A DNA stretch of 64,000 bases from a virus (Duplodnaviria > Heunggongvirae > Uroviricota > Caudoviricetes), in the IMG/VR virus record IMGVR_UViG_3300044641_000519; one strand, written 5' to 3'. A program made the position numbers and the translations under genes. Shown in pieces: positions 36,485 through 46,300 of the stretch; the stretch's first letter is position 1; each line of letters opens with the position of its first letter. The notes under the pieces are model-generated. The model ran no database searches. It was not told the DNA's origin and was given only the letters and a program-made list of their open reading frames with translations.

Positions 36485-39256
36485 TTATTGTTGAGTTAAA
36501 AGAGCTTGGATAAACTGTGGATTTACACCATTAAATCCATTGATAATTGTTCTTATATCTGGTATACCAGGTAAGTTCTTTACACCTGAGTTTACACCAT
36601 CAGTAACAAAAATGTGTGGATAGTACAATCCATTTTTATATGAGATGTTAGCTTTTGCATCATACACACTATTCTTACTTAAATTTTTAAAACTATTTTT
36701 TTCAAAGTAAGCATCACCATTTAAGTATGTTTGCTTTTCTTTAGGATCACCAATAGAAGTTTTATCACCAGTTGCTTGAATATACATTTTAAGATTTGTA
36801 ACATCTTGTGGTTCAAATAAAGTAGAATAGTCAATGTTAAGTCTATTTGCTTCATTTTGAGATACAACCATACCTCCTAGTCTACTTACACCATCTCCAC
36901 CATACGCTACAATTTCTACCATAGGTTTGTCTCCTGACATTGGACTAATTTGTGCTTCATAGGTAACATCTTTACCACCAACATTCTTAACGAACCCACT
37001 AAAGTCAGCAGAAGAGTTTTTTCCCTTTGTATTATAATCACCAGCAAATCTTACTAAATTATCCACTGTAACTTTATCATCACCAGCATCTCCAGTTATT
37101 AATCCTTTCTTAAGACTTGGTCTTTCATAGTAATACTTTTTAAGAGCGTCTGCTTGTAACTTTAATGTTGAACCATAATCATCTCCAAATTTCTTAACTA
37201 TCTTATTTACTTGAGACAAATCAATTTTTGGTATTGCACCAACTCCTGGTACTCCACCAACTGAGTTAAATACTAAGTTTGCATATGCTTTTGCAGATCT
37301 TGTAAGACCAGTAATTAAACCACCAGTATCTTGTCCATATTGTAACAATGCTTGAGATAGTAACTCACCCTTACCTTTTTCATTTAACCTAGCCTCAGCT
37401 CTCTTAGCTGCATCTCTTGAAGACTTATCATTTAAGAAACCAAGTGATTCAGCATTACCTTTTAAATAAACTGCTATGTCATAAAGATCATCTGGAGTGG
37501 CTACAACTGATTTACCATTAACAATACCACCAACAGGTTTTATACCATCTAACAGAAACTCTTGATTTATATTTTTGTCAGGTGACTTAGCTTGTGCATC
37601 TTGAAGAGCTTTTGATTTTACAGCATTCAATACACCATAATTTGTCTTTGTAGCTTTATATAATTCATATGCATCTTGAAGATCAGGATTATTTTCCCTT
37701 TCTTTAGCATTCATATTATTATAAGCAATGTCAGTTTTGTTACCAAATCTAGCTCTAAAAGCTTCAGGAGTTTCTTTAGTTTTGGCTGCTAAAGTATCAA
37801 TTATAGTTTTAATAGCTTCATCTGGATTACGACCCTCTGCTAACATTGAATTGTAAGTAGCTTGATTTACAGGTACTTTAGATAGAGCTGCACTCCAAAT
37901 AAAGTTATCAGATGCATTTATATAGTTATTTGCAGCATTACCTAACTCTGATTCAAAGCCATAAACTATATCACGATCTCCTGGTTTATCAGCTTCTTCA
38001 AATCCATCATCTGTAATAACAGTTCCATCACTGCTCACTCTTGTACCTTTGCCACCTTTTGATTGACTAAGAAGAACTTGTAAAGCTCTATCTTTTGCCT
38101 TCTCCTCAACACTTGTTCTTAATGATGTCATTTTAAAGTTCATCTCAGTAACAAAGTTTCTTTGATCTTGAGCTTCTTGTTGAAGTTTAAAATTATATTC
38201 AGCACCTGGATTGGCCATTGATAGTTCCTTAGTTTTCATCTCACCAAACATTGTGGTGAATCTACTCTTAACATCATCCTTATATAAAAGAGATCTAATA
38301 GCATCTGGGTTTTCTTGAGCTACAGTCATTATATCATCATACTGACTTCTAATATTATTCTTTTTTAATTCAAGTTGATCTATCTGATTTTGGACATTCT
38401 TACCCATACCTTTTTGTAAAGCTAGTTCCTCAATTGCATTATCATACTTAGAAATAATATTTTCTTTTTGTAAGTTGATTTTTTGAGTTAACATCTCTGG
38501 AGAATATCCTCTGTATTCATATTGACCTGATATATCTAATTGCTGACTCACTCTAGAGTCAGAAAAGATTTGTTCTATAGTTTGCTTTACCTTCTCTGGG
38601 AATCTACCTTCTTGTTCCAATCTTTTCATTGTTGGAGAATAAATAGGTTTTCCTGTTGCTTTATCAATTTTAGGTAAGCCATTAGCATCTGTTTCATAAA
38701 CCATATCTGTTGTATAACCATCAGGCTTTACAGCATCAAATGTTTCTTTAGCAAACTTCTGTACATCAAAGTAAGGAATATAACTTGCTGAAAACTTTTG
38801 ACCAGCTTTGTCAGAAGACAACCAACTGTTAGCTCTTTTGTTAAAGAACTCAATATTAGCTGGACTAGACTTTCCTTCTTCTACATCTTTCTGTAATCTA
38901 GCTAACTCTTTTCTATAATTGGCTGTAGAGTATACAGCATTCTGAACTGTAGGATCTTTAATAATCTGAGTAGCCATACCACCTACAGAGTTAACTAGTT
39001 GTTGATTAGAGAAGTCTCCTGCTGCGACAGTCTTTAACTTACTACCCAAATCATTTAGCTTGGACTGTAAGTACTTTTTGTCAGCATCATTGACAACATC
39101 CATACCAGCAATGTTATCTACATACCCTTGAATCTTTTGCACACCTTGGTCATACTGTTGTTGCTTTTGAGTGCCAACAGTGACCATTGCTTCTACCAAA
39201 GGGGCCTTTGATACGTAAGGGTTAAATGTTTGTATTTGATCTGTAAACGATGCCAT
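36485..39256 (-). CDS. large (923 aa) internal virion/cargo protein
   Basis: charged, coiled-coil-rich; tightly packed between the 1042-aa and 3677-aa genes. Confidence 0.4.
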   Translation of the reverse strand: MASFTDQIQTFNPYVSKAPLVEAMVTVGTQKQQQYDQGVQKIQGYVDNIAGMDVVNDADKKYLQSKLNDLGSKLKTVAAGDFSNQQLVNSVGGMATQIIKDPTVQNAVYSTANYRKELARLQKDVEEGKSSPANIEFFNKRANSWLSSDKAGQKFSASYIPYFDVQKFAKETFDAVKPDGYTTDMVYETDANGLPKIDKATGKPIYSPTMKRLEQEGRFPEKVKQTIEQIFSDSRVSQQLDISGQYEYRGYSPEMLTQKINLQKENIISKYDNAIEELALQKGMGKNVQNQIDQLELKKNNIRSQYDDIMTVAQENPDAIRSLLYKDDVKSRFTTMFGEMKTKELSMANPGAEYNFKLQQEAQDQRNFVTEMNFKMTSLRTSVEEKAKDRALQVLLSQSKGGKGTRVSSDGTVITDDGFEEADKPGDRDIVYGFESELGNAANNYINASDNFIWSAALSKVPVNQATYNSMLAEGRNPDEAIKTIIDTLAAKTKETPEAFRARFGNKTDIAYNNMNAKERENNPDLQDAYELYKATKTNYGVLNAVKSKALQDAQAKSPDKNINQEFLLDGIKPVGGIVNGKSVVATPDDLYDIAVYLKGNAESLGFLNDKSSRDAAKRAEARLNEKGKGELLSQALLQYGQDTGGLITGLTRSAKAYANLVFNSVGGVPGVGAIPKIDLSQVNKIVKKFGDDYGSTLKLQADALKKYYYERPSLKKGLITGDAGDDKVTVDNLVRFAGDYNTKGKNSSADFSGFVKNVGGKDVTYEAQISPMSGDKPMVEIVAYGGDGVSRLGGMVVSQNEANRLNIDYSTLFEPQDVTNLKMYIQATGDKTSIGDPKEKQTYLNGDAYFEKNSFKNLSKNSVYDAKANISYKNGLYYPHIFVTDGVNSGVKNLPGIPDIRTIINGFNGVNPQFIQALLTQQ

Positions 39257-39342
39257 GATATTATAATTAGCAAATTTAATTTAAAATATTAGAATTACCA
39301 AGAGGTATAACATTTTTTGGTAAATCACTATAACTTAATTAG

Positions 39343-42300
39343 TTATAGATTTTTTAGAGCTTGAACAATTGCACCATTTCTGCTCTGTTTTGTAATACGA
39401 GTTTTCTCTTTACTTCCTGTAATAATACCAGCCTTGTCTTTACTAACTGATTTTTCAAAAACTTCTCTTAGTTTAGATACATCATCAGGAGACATAGATT
39501 GAACAGCTGAAACAAGAGGATTGTTAAATTGAGCAGGAGCATTGACATTAAACGCTCTACCACTTGGAGAGAATCTGTAGTTATACATGTTCTCATAAAC
39601 GTTAAGTGTTTGATTCTCAAGCTTATTCTGAGCAGTCTTAGCAGCAATAGATTTAAGAGCTTCAAGAGTCTGAGCCTTAGTATTAGATCTAGCTTGTGCT
39701 TGTCTAACGTATTGTTGATCAAGGATTTGTAAGTTTTTAAGCTTAGCATCATTTAACAACGCTCTATTTTTATCATAAGTCTGCATCTTATTTGCAGCAT
39801 TGATTCTTGTTTGTTCTCCTAATACTTTGTTCTTAGCTTCTAAGCTTTGAGACATAATCATTGCTTGGGCAGCTGGATTTGAACCTGCTGCTCTGATGGC
39901 TGCTCTAGACTGAGAATCAATAGCATTAAGCTGATCATTCAAAGAGATGTCCATAGGAGTATCTAACATTGGCTGGAATGTCTGAGCCTGTACAGGTTCT
40001 AACTGATTGGTAGCCATAGCAAAGTATTCAGGATATAGTTCTTCAGGATCAAGACCTATATTAGTTCTAGGTCTTAAGTATGGAGCCAAGTTAGATAGAG
40101 CCATTTGACCTAATCCTTTCCAATCAAATTTACCTTTACCTGATGTAGCAATATCTGATATAGGAGATAAGTTAGCTGTGCTGCTTAACTTATCATTAGT
40201 TACAGTAACCTCAGGTAATACACTAGTTGAACCAAATCCTGGTTGATAAGGTATTTGAGTGTACTCTTGCGTAGGAGGAACTCCCTTTAATGCATCAGAT
40301 ACAATATTAGTTACTAGTTCTCTAGGGGTAGGACCAGGATATAACTGAGGTGCATCTAAAAATGGAGTACCACTATAAGGAACATTAGTACCTGTTTCTG
40401 CCATCATACGAGGATCTTTTTCTTTTACTAACTTACCTTGAGCTAACTCATCACTCTTTACACCTAATTCACTAGCTGTATCAAGAATAGCATTTTGAAC
40501 AGCCCCTAGGTTTTGTTTTAAAATAGCTGCGTTTCTTAATTTCATATTAGCTCCCATAAGTTGGGCCTCACTTGTATTCATTTTCAATTGATCAAAACCA
40601 CTACTTCCTGTAGTCATGTCTGCTCTTTCTGTAGCTTGATCTATTAGCTTGTTTTGTTTTTTCTCCACTTTACTTATTTCATTAGCAACATGTTTAAACT
40701 TCTTACCTTTTGCATCTGGGATACCAAACTCATCAGCAGCCATCTTTGATAGTTTCATATTACCAAAGACAACCATATTACTTTCATTTCCACCATCTCT
40801 TAACTTAACTGCTGGTTCGCCACCCTCAACCTCTACACCATTCTCACCAAAGTTAATAGGGATACCTCCATTGTCATGAGATCTTCCCTTAAACATAACT
40901 GTCTCACCACCATCTGGTAGGAAAGGATTATAAGAGATAGTTTCTGCCTTACCACCATCTAAGATTTCTAAATCACCACCCATAGCAAATTTTCCACCAT
41001 GCTCCATAGTCAAAGGTTTTAACTCAGGTCTGCCAGTAAACATTGCTGCTGCACTAGGAGGTGTATAATACTCATCTTTTAAATGACCACCACTTCTTAG
41101 CATGTCTGCATCATGAGGAGGTTTTAATAAGTCTTTAACATTATACTCACCAAACTTAGTAATTGTTTGTGGTTGCCATGTATGACTAACCCACTTATAT
41201 TCATCTCCTACATCTACCTTACCACCTTGCTCCATATATGCACCAAACTGATTTTGTTGAGCTTGTGTAAATGCAGCCTGTTGTGTATTCATAGAAGTTT
41301 TATCTTTCTCTGCCTGTAACTTTCTTGCTTGTTTAGCACCACCTAATAGGTTACCAGCTGCTGTACCAACAAGTCCACCCACCAGACCACCCAATGGTCC
41401 ACCTATAAGAGTACCAGCTGCTGTACCTACAGCACTGCCAATCTGTGCTTGACCTGAGTCTTGAAAATATTCTCCAAACTCTGCTTCAGGAAGATTACCA
41501 CCTTGTTTATATTGTTTTAACTTCTGAGACTCTATTGGTTCATATCCAGCATCTGTATAGATGTCACCAGGATTGTACATGTTCTGAATCTCTGTAGGAT
41601 TACCACCTATCATTGTACCATTCTTAGCTAAGAAGTTTGTACCTGATCCATAAGGGTTACCCATTTGTCCAGGTTGTAAAATCATATCTTCTGGTCTAAC
41701 ATATTTACGTTTAGCTTTTTCTGTAGTTTGTTGAGCTTGTAAAGCTAGTCCTGATAACTGAGTAGCTTGTTCTGCTTTCTTCTTAGCTTTCTTCTGTGCA
41801 CCTATTGCTTCGACACCTGCTATGATTCCTGGCACTGCTCCTAGAGCAGCCATACCTGCACCTGCTGCATCAAATCCACCTTTAGGTTGTATTGATTCTA
41901 CTTGTTGAATAGCTTGTTGTTGAAACCCTGGATCAGATAACTTACCACTTAAAGCACTCATGTTAGGCATACCTACAGGTTGATACGAACTTATTATACT
42001 TGTATCAAGTGGGCCTCCATTATAATATTTAGGAACTCCTTCCCATTCTGTAAGTTGATGTAACTGCTTATTTACCATAGCCTTACCCATGGCAGCCTTA
42101 CTTAACTTTTTACCATTTTTACTAATTGTCTTAGGTTTGAAGTCTAATCCTTCTTGATAGTATTTCATTTCTTGTCCATTTTGAGCAGAAGCTTTTGTCT
42201 TCTTTGTATATTTACCATTAGCAGGAGCTGAGCCAGCTACACGTGCGTATGTGAATCCTACAGCACCTGGTAGAGATCCACCCATTTGCATAGTGCCTCC

Positions 42301-42471
42301 CCATGCTCCATTATAATTAAATCCTCTATTAGTTGTTCCTTCTCCTATCCAACCTGGGCCAGCAGTAGAATATCCTGCATTGGCATTCTCTTTTTTACCA
42401 TAGTTATCCTTAGTCTTCTTCTTTAAGATTAGTCCTCCTTGTTCGTATTTATTTAAAGATTTATTCTTCAT
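39343..42471 (-). CDS. 1042-aa internal virion protein with glycine-zipper hydrophobic segments (putative ejection/channel protein)
   Basis: GTAAGTLIGGPLGGLVGGLVGTAAGNLLGG (DNA ~41350-41440) is a Gly-zipper typical of membrane-inserting ejection/tape-measure-like proteins; N-terminal PGAVGFTYARVAG motif shared with the capsid protein. Confidence 0.45.
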   Translation of the reverse strand: MKNKSLNKYEQGGLILKKKTKDNYGKKENANAGYSTAGPGWIGEGTTNRGFNYNGAWGGTMQMGGSLPGAVGFTYARVAGSAPANGKYTKKTKASAQNGQEMKYYQEGLDFKPKTISKNGKKLSKAAMGKAMVNKQLHQLTEWEGVPKYYNGGPLDTSIISSYQPVGMPNMSALSGKLSDPGFQQQAIQQVESIQPKGGFDAAGAGMAALGAVPGIIAGVEAIGAQKKAKKKAEQATQLSGLALQAQQTTEKAKRKYVRPEDMILQPGQMGNPYGSGTNFLAKNGTMIGGNPTEIQNMYNPGDIYTDAGYEPIESQKLKQYKQGGNLPEAEFGEYFQDSGQAQIGSAVGTAAGTLIGGPLGGLVGGLVGTAAGNLLGGAKQARKLQAEKDKTSMNTQQAAFTQAQQNQFGAYMEQGGKVDVGDEYKWVSHTWQPQTITKFGEYNVKDLLKPPHDADMLRSGGHLKDEYYTPPSAAAMFTGRPELKPLTMEHGGKFAMGGDLEILDGGKAETISYNPFLPDGGETVMFKGRSHDNGGIPINFGENGVEVEGGEPAVKLRDGGNESNMVVFGNMKLSKMAADEFGIPDAKGKKFKHVANEISKVEKKQNKLIDQATERADMTTGSSGFDQLKMNTSEAQLMGANMKLRNAAILKQNLGAVQNAILDTASELGVKSDELAQGKLVKEKDPRMMAETGTNVPYSGTPFLDAPQLYPGPTPRELVTNIVSDALKGVPPTQEYTQIPYQPGFGSTSVLPEVTVTNDKLSSTANLSPISDIATSGKGKFDWKGLGQMALSNLAPYLRPRTNIGLDPEELYPEYFAMATNQLEPVQAQTFQPMLDTPMDISLNDQLNAIDSQSRAAIRAAGSNPAAQAMIMSQSLEAKNKVLGEQTRINAANKMQTYDKNRALLNDAKLKNLQILDQQYVRQAQARSNTKAQTLEALKSIAAKTAQNKLENQTLNVYENMYNYRFSPSGRAFNVNAPAQFNNPLVSAVQSMSPDDVSKLREVFEKSVSKDKAGIITGSKEKTRITKQSRNGAIVQALKNL

Positions 42472-43337
42472 TATTTATAAGATATTTGAGATGGTGCAAT
42501 AATAAATTGGCTAACTATATGTGCTTCAGAGCTATTGTCAAGGATGTGTCTCACCTTAAGATCCTTAGCTCTTAATGGTTCTTTCTTGAATGATCTTTTT
42601 CCATAATCCATATTCACTTGATTTACAAGTTTATCTATTGATAAAGTTTCACAACTTACTGTAAACAAAGGTAATGCTTTATTCTTAACTAACCCCCAGA
42701 ATGTATTGTATTGATAGAAGTTATCTGACTTAGTATAAGTGATAGTCTTGCTAAACTCATTGTATATAGGATAGGTTAAGTACTGACTTAGGTTATTGAT
42801 TGGCTTTGGTACAAGTTCTAATATACCTGTGGACTGTTGTCCATTGTATAGAACAGCTTTGTTAAACCATTGATTATCAACCTGTATCTGAGCATTGTCA
42901 TTAAACACACCATCTGGAATAGGTAAGTAATTAAACACCTTACTATAGTCTTTAACATTCTGAAGTATCTCATCATATGTTTGGTAAGCAAATGGATATT
43001 CAATTATGTATGGTTCTATATTACCATAGTATTTATTATAGTTAACCACATCTGTTAGATGTCTCCACATAGATCCTGTATTACATACAGTGTATTGTAA
43101 TGCAGCAAGTTGTTCTTTAGTAGCTGTACCAATTGTAACATTAATACTAGTAGAACATTTACCTTGAGATTGTATAACTATTGTAGTAACAGCATCAGCA
43201 ACACTTACAGTGTAACCATCAATAAGGTTTTGCTTAGTAATGTCAGTGCCCAAGACTGTCCCTAAGTTATCAGAGATATCAAAGGGTCCTGTTCTCCCAC
43301 CTGAACATGTCAATCTTATTATTACTGTTTTAGCCAT
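42471..43337 (-). CDS. hypothetical virion structural protein (288 aa)
   Basis: ORF coupled to its neighbours (ATGA overlap with the 1042-aa gene). Confidence 0.4.
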   Translation of the reverse strand: MAKTVIIRLTCSGGRTGPFDISDNLGTVLGTDITKQNLIDGYTVSVADAVTTIVIQSQGKCSTSINVTIGTATKEQLAALQYTVCNTGSMWRHLTDVVNYNKYYGNIEPYIIEYPFAYQTYDEILQNVKDYSKVFNYLPIPDGVFNDNAQIQVDNQWFNKAVLYNGQQSTGILELVPKPINNLSQYLTYPIYNEFSKTITYTKSDNFYQYNTFWGLVKNKALPLFTVSCETLSIDKLVNQVNMDYGKRSFKKEPLRAKDLKVRHILDNSSEAHIVSQFIIAPSQISYK

Positions 43338-43347
43338 TTATATTATT

Positions 43348-46300
43348 TTAACATTCAAACCCAGTGAAAACTACATTTACATTATCACAAGCTGCAATAC
43401 ATTGACCTGATACTGATGGAAGACTTCCCATTCCAACAGAAGTTGAACCATTACCTGAAGAGTTACCATTAAGTATTGTAACGTATACAGTGACATCACC
43501 ATATGTGCTAGTAGATACAACTACTTCTACTATAGTATCTACAGTTACATTACCATCAAGAATCACTGTTGCGTCTATATAAATTTCTCCTAATATATCA
43601 GAAGCATTTCCAAAAACACTAGTTACATTTATTGTAGAATTTGTAGTGGTAGTTGTTGTAGTAGTAGGTGTTATAGTGGTAGTAGTAGTTGTGGTTGTTG
43701 TTGTAGGTTCAGTAGTAGTAGTGGTTGTAGTGGTAGGAGTATCTGTAGTTGTGGTAGTAGTAGTTGTTGGGGTATCTGTAGTTGTTGTAGTTGTTGTAGT
43801 TGGAGGAGCAGTTGTAGTTGTAGTTGTAGTACTACTTGTACTAGTACTAGTCGTGGTAGTTGTAGTTTCTTCTATAACTGTTCCTTCTAAAAGACAAGAA
43901 GGATATCCTGTTACGACAGCTGTACCAGTTAAATTACAATATATAATTCTTGTAGTTGTTGTAGTTGTGGTTGGAGAAGGTATTTCTGTGACTGCTATTG
44001 CTGTGACATCACAACCTTCATTTAAGCCAGAATAGAAGAAGTTGTTTTCTCCTATGTAGAAGTTAGGTAGGTACGTATGGAAACTCACCCAGCTCTTTGT
44101 ATTCAAGTTAAATGATGCAGTCCATGATTTGTTACAGAAGTATTCAAGGTCTGTCACCTCAACATATTTCTTAACTTCAATATCACCAGCTACAGGTTGG
44201 TTAACATAAAACTCTTTAGCCACCTCATCATAGAATACATCCTTAGTTGGCTGAGGAATGTAGTCTAACTTAGTGATAATAATTCTTTCAAACTTACTAT
44301 CAAACACACCATGTAATCCAATGTTTTTGAAATGGTTATCTGTATTAACTGTTGGGAAGTATCTCAAGATCTCAAATGCCAAATGGTCTGTAAAGAACCT
44401 GTTAAGACCAGAACCAAACCCTGAAATTTCTTGTGCCTGTGTTCCTTGAATTAAAAAAACTTGACCTCTCTTAGCATCAATAGTTACTTGTCCTTGAGGT
44501 ATCTTAAGTAACATCTTATTTTGACAACCAACAAATCCAAGATCTGTCTCAGCAAAATCAATAGGAGGAGCACTACCAGCACCACCAAATAAATTAGGAT
44601 TTCCTAAATATGCAGCCTGAGGATTACTTGTATCAATAGTTAACAAGTTACCATATAATAAAGTCTTGTTCTCAAATCTAGCTAATGTAGCTCTATTCTG
44701 AATACCATCTAATGATATAAGATTACCATAGTTTTGAGGGAAGTCAAAGAAGCTCACTGGACGATATATCAACCAGCTATTTATTCTATTATCAGAATAG
44801 CTTTCCTGTCTGTCAGAATATATTGCTCTGAATGGAAAATATGTATAACACAACTGTTGTTTCCAATCTATTGGTAAATGAGAGAAGAAGTTTTCTGTAT
44901 TCTGTTTAGAGAAGGTTGTATTGTAATAATAAGTATTATCAAATGCAATAGGAACTCTACTTTCTTGGAACCAAGTATCAGGGATACCTGAACTTACATG
45001 TGGATAGAAATCACCTTCTAAGTTATTGAATGCTTGACGTAAGTCTACATTAATAGAACTCTCTACATAATAGTAAGGAATACCATAAGCAAACAAATAC
45101 ATCTTACCACTATATACATAATTCAAAGAACCAGCCACTACTGTTCCAGGAGGAGGTGTAGTTGATGTAGTTGTTGTACTTGTAGAAGTATTGTCAACAA
45201 TACTATCATCAGGACAGTCAAGATAGTTTGCTTTGGTGGATATGATGTTCTTCATCAAGGTGCTTCCTACATAGTAATCAGACAAGATAGATCTAGCTGA
45301 ATACCAATACTGCGGATAGGCCACATTACCAATCTCATCATAGTATATATCAGAATCATCAGGAGCATTAACTCTATTGTCAATAAAGAAAGGAAGCTTT
45401 GTTTTAAATCCAAATCTACCAATGTATGTATCACCCCCAAACACTACCTCAGGATCATTGGCAGATAGTGCACTAAATATTCTTTGGAATCCTGTATCAA
45501 TTGTTTGATATGAATATATCTGTCCCCATTGAGCATTATTGATAGTCTTTATAGAACCATAATAAGATACCACTTTGATATCTCTCTGAGCTTCAGGGCT
45601 AGCGCAGTTTTCTGCTTCTGAAATTGTGAATCTTGAATTGTCACTAATCTGACTTACACCTGCTACAACAAGAGAAGAAGTTTGATTAGGGAATGGTAGA
45701 GGTGCGACAAACGTACCCTCTCTATCATCAATAGTTTTAAGATAAACTGAAGATTCTCTATTCCAGTTATTAAGATCATAAGTATCACCTACATTCTGTA
45801 CACCTGGGAATACATATTGAGATAGATCAAGTTGTCTTTGTTTAATCCCTTGATCATTAGGAACATCTGCACTATAGTCATAACTAGATCTAGAGTTAAA
45901 TGAATATGCAAAGTTTTGTCTACTAATTCCATTGATATAAATCTGTAAGTAAGTTTGATATGCTGTGAAGAATGCTACAGCACTAAATCCTCCAAGATCA
46001 GCTATTCTCTTACTAGAGTTCAAAGCATCAATTTGTGTTTGTTTAGTGATAAGTTTATACATAGCATGCTTCTGCACTTCAACAAAATGAGCTCTTCCTC
46101 CACCAAACAATACACTTTCTAACTTAAGAACATTGCCTAATGTAGGCTGTCCAAAAGATGTCTCTGGAGAATTAAATACTTGTCTGTAAGCAGACTCAGG
46201 ATTATTAAATCCATCTAATTGTGCAGGGTAGCATTCATTGTTTTGACCACTATTGCTAGCAACCATTGTGAAATTAGTGCTTCCACTTGTACGTACAGGA

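Noticed and set aside
39328-39357. Hairpin CTATAACT-TAATT-AGTTATAG followed by T6 on the plus strand
   Set aside because: It overlaps the stop codon and last codons of the 1042-aa gene, is oriented for the plus strand where no gene exists, and lacks a U-tract on the minus strand. It is probably a fortuitous AT-rich palindrome, although it is noted together with the 58174-58222 element.
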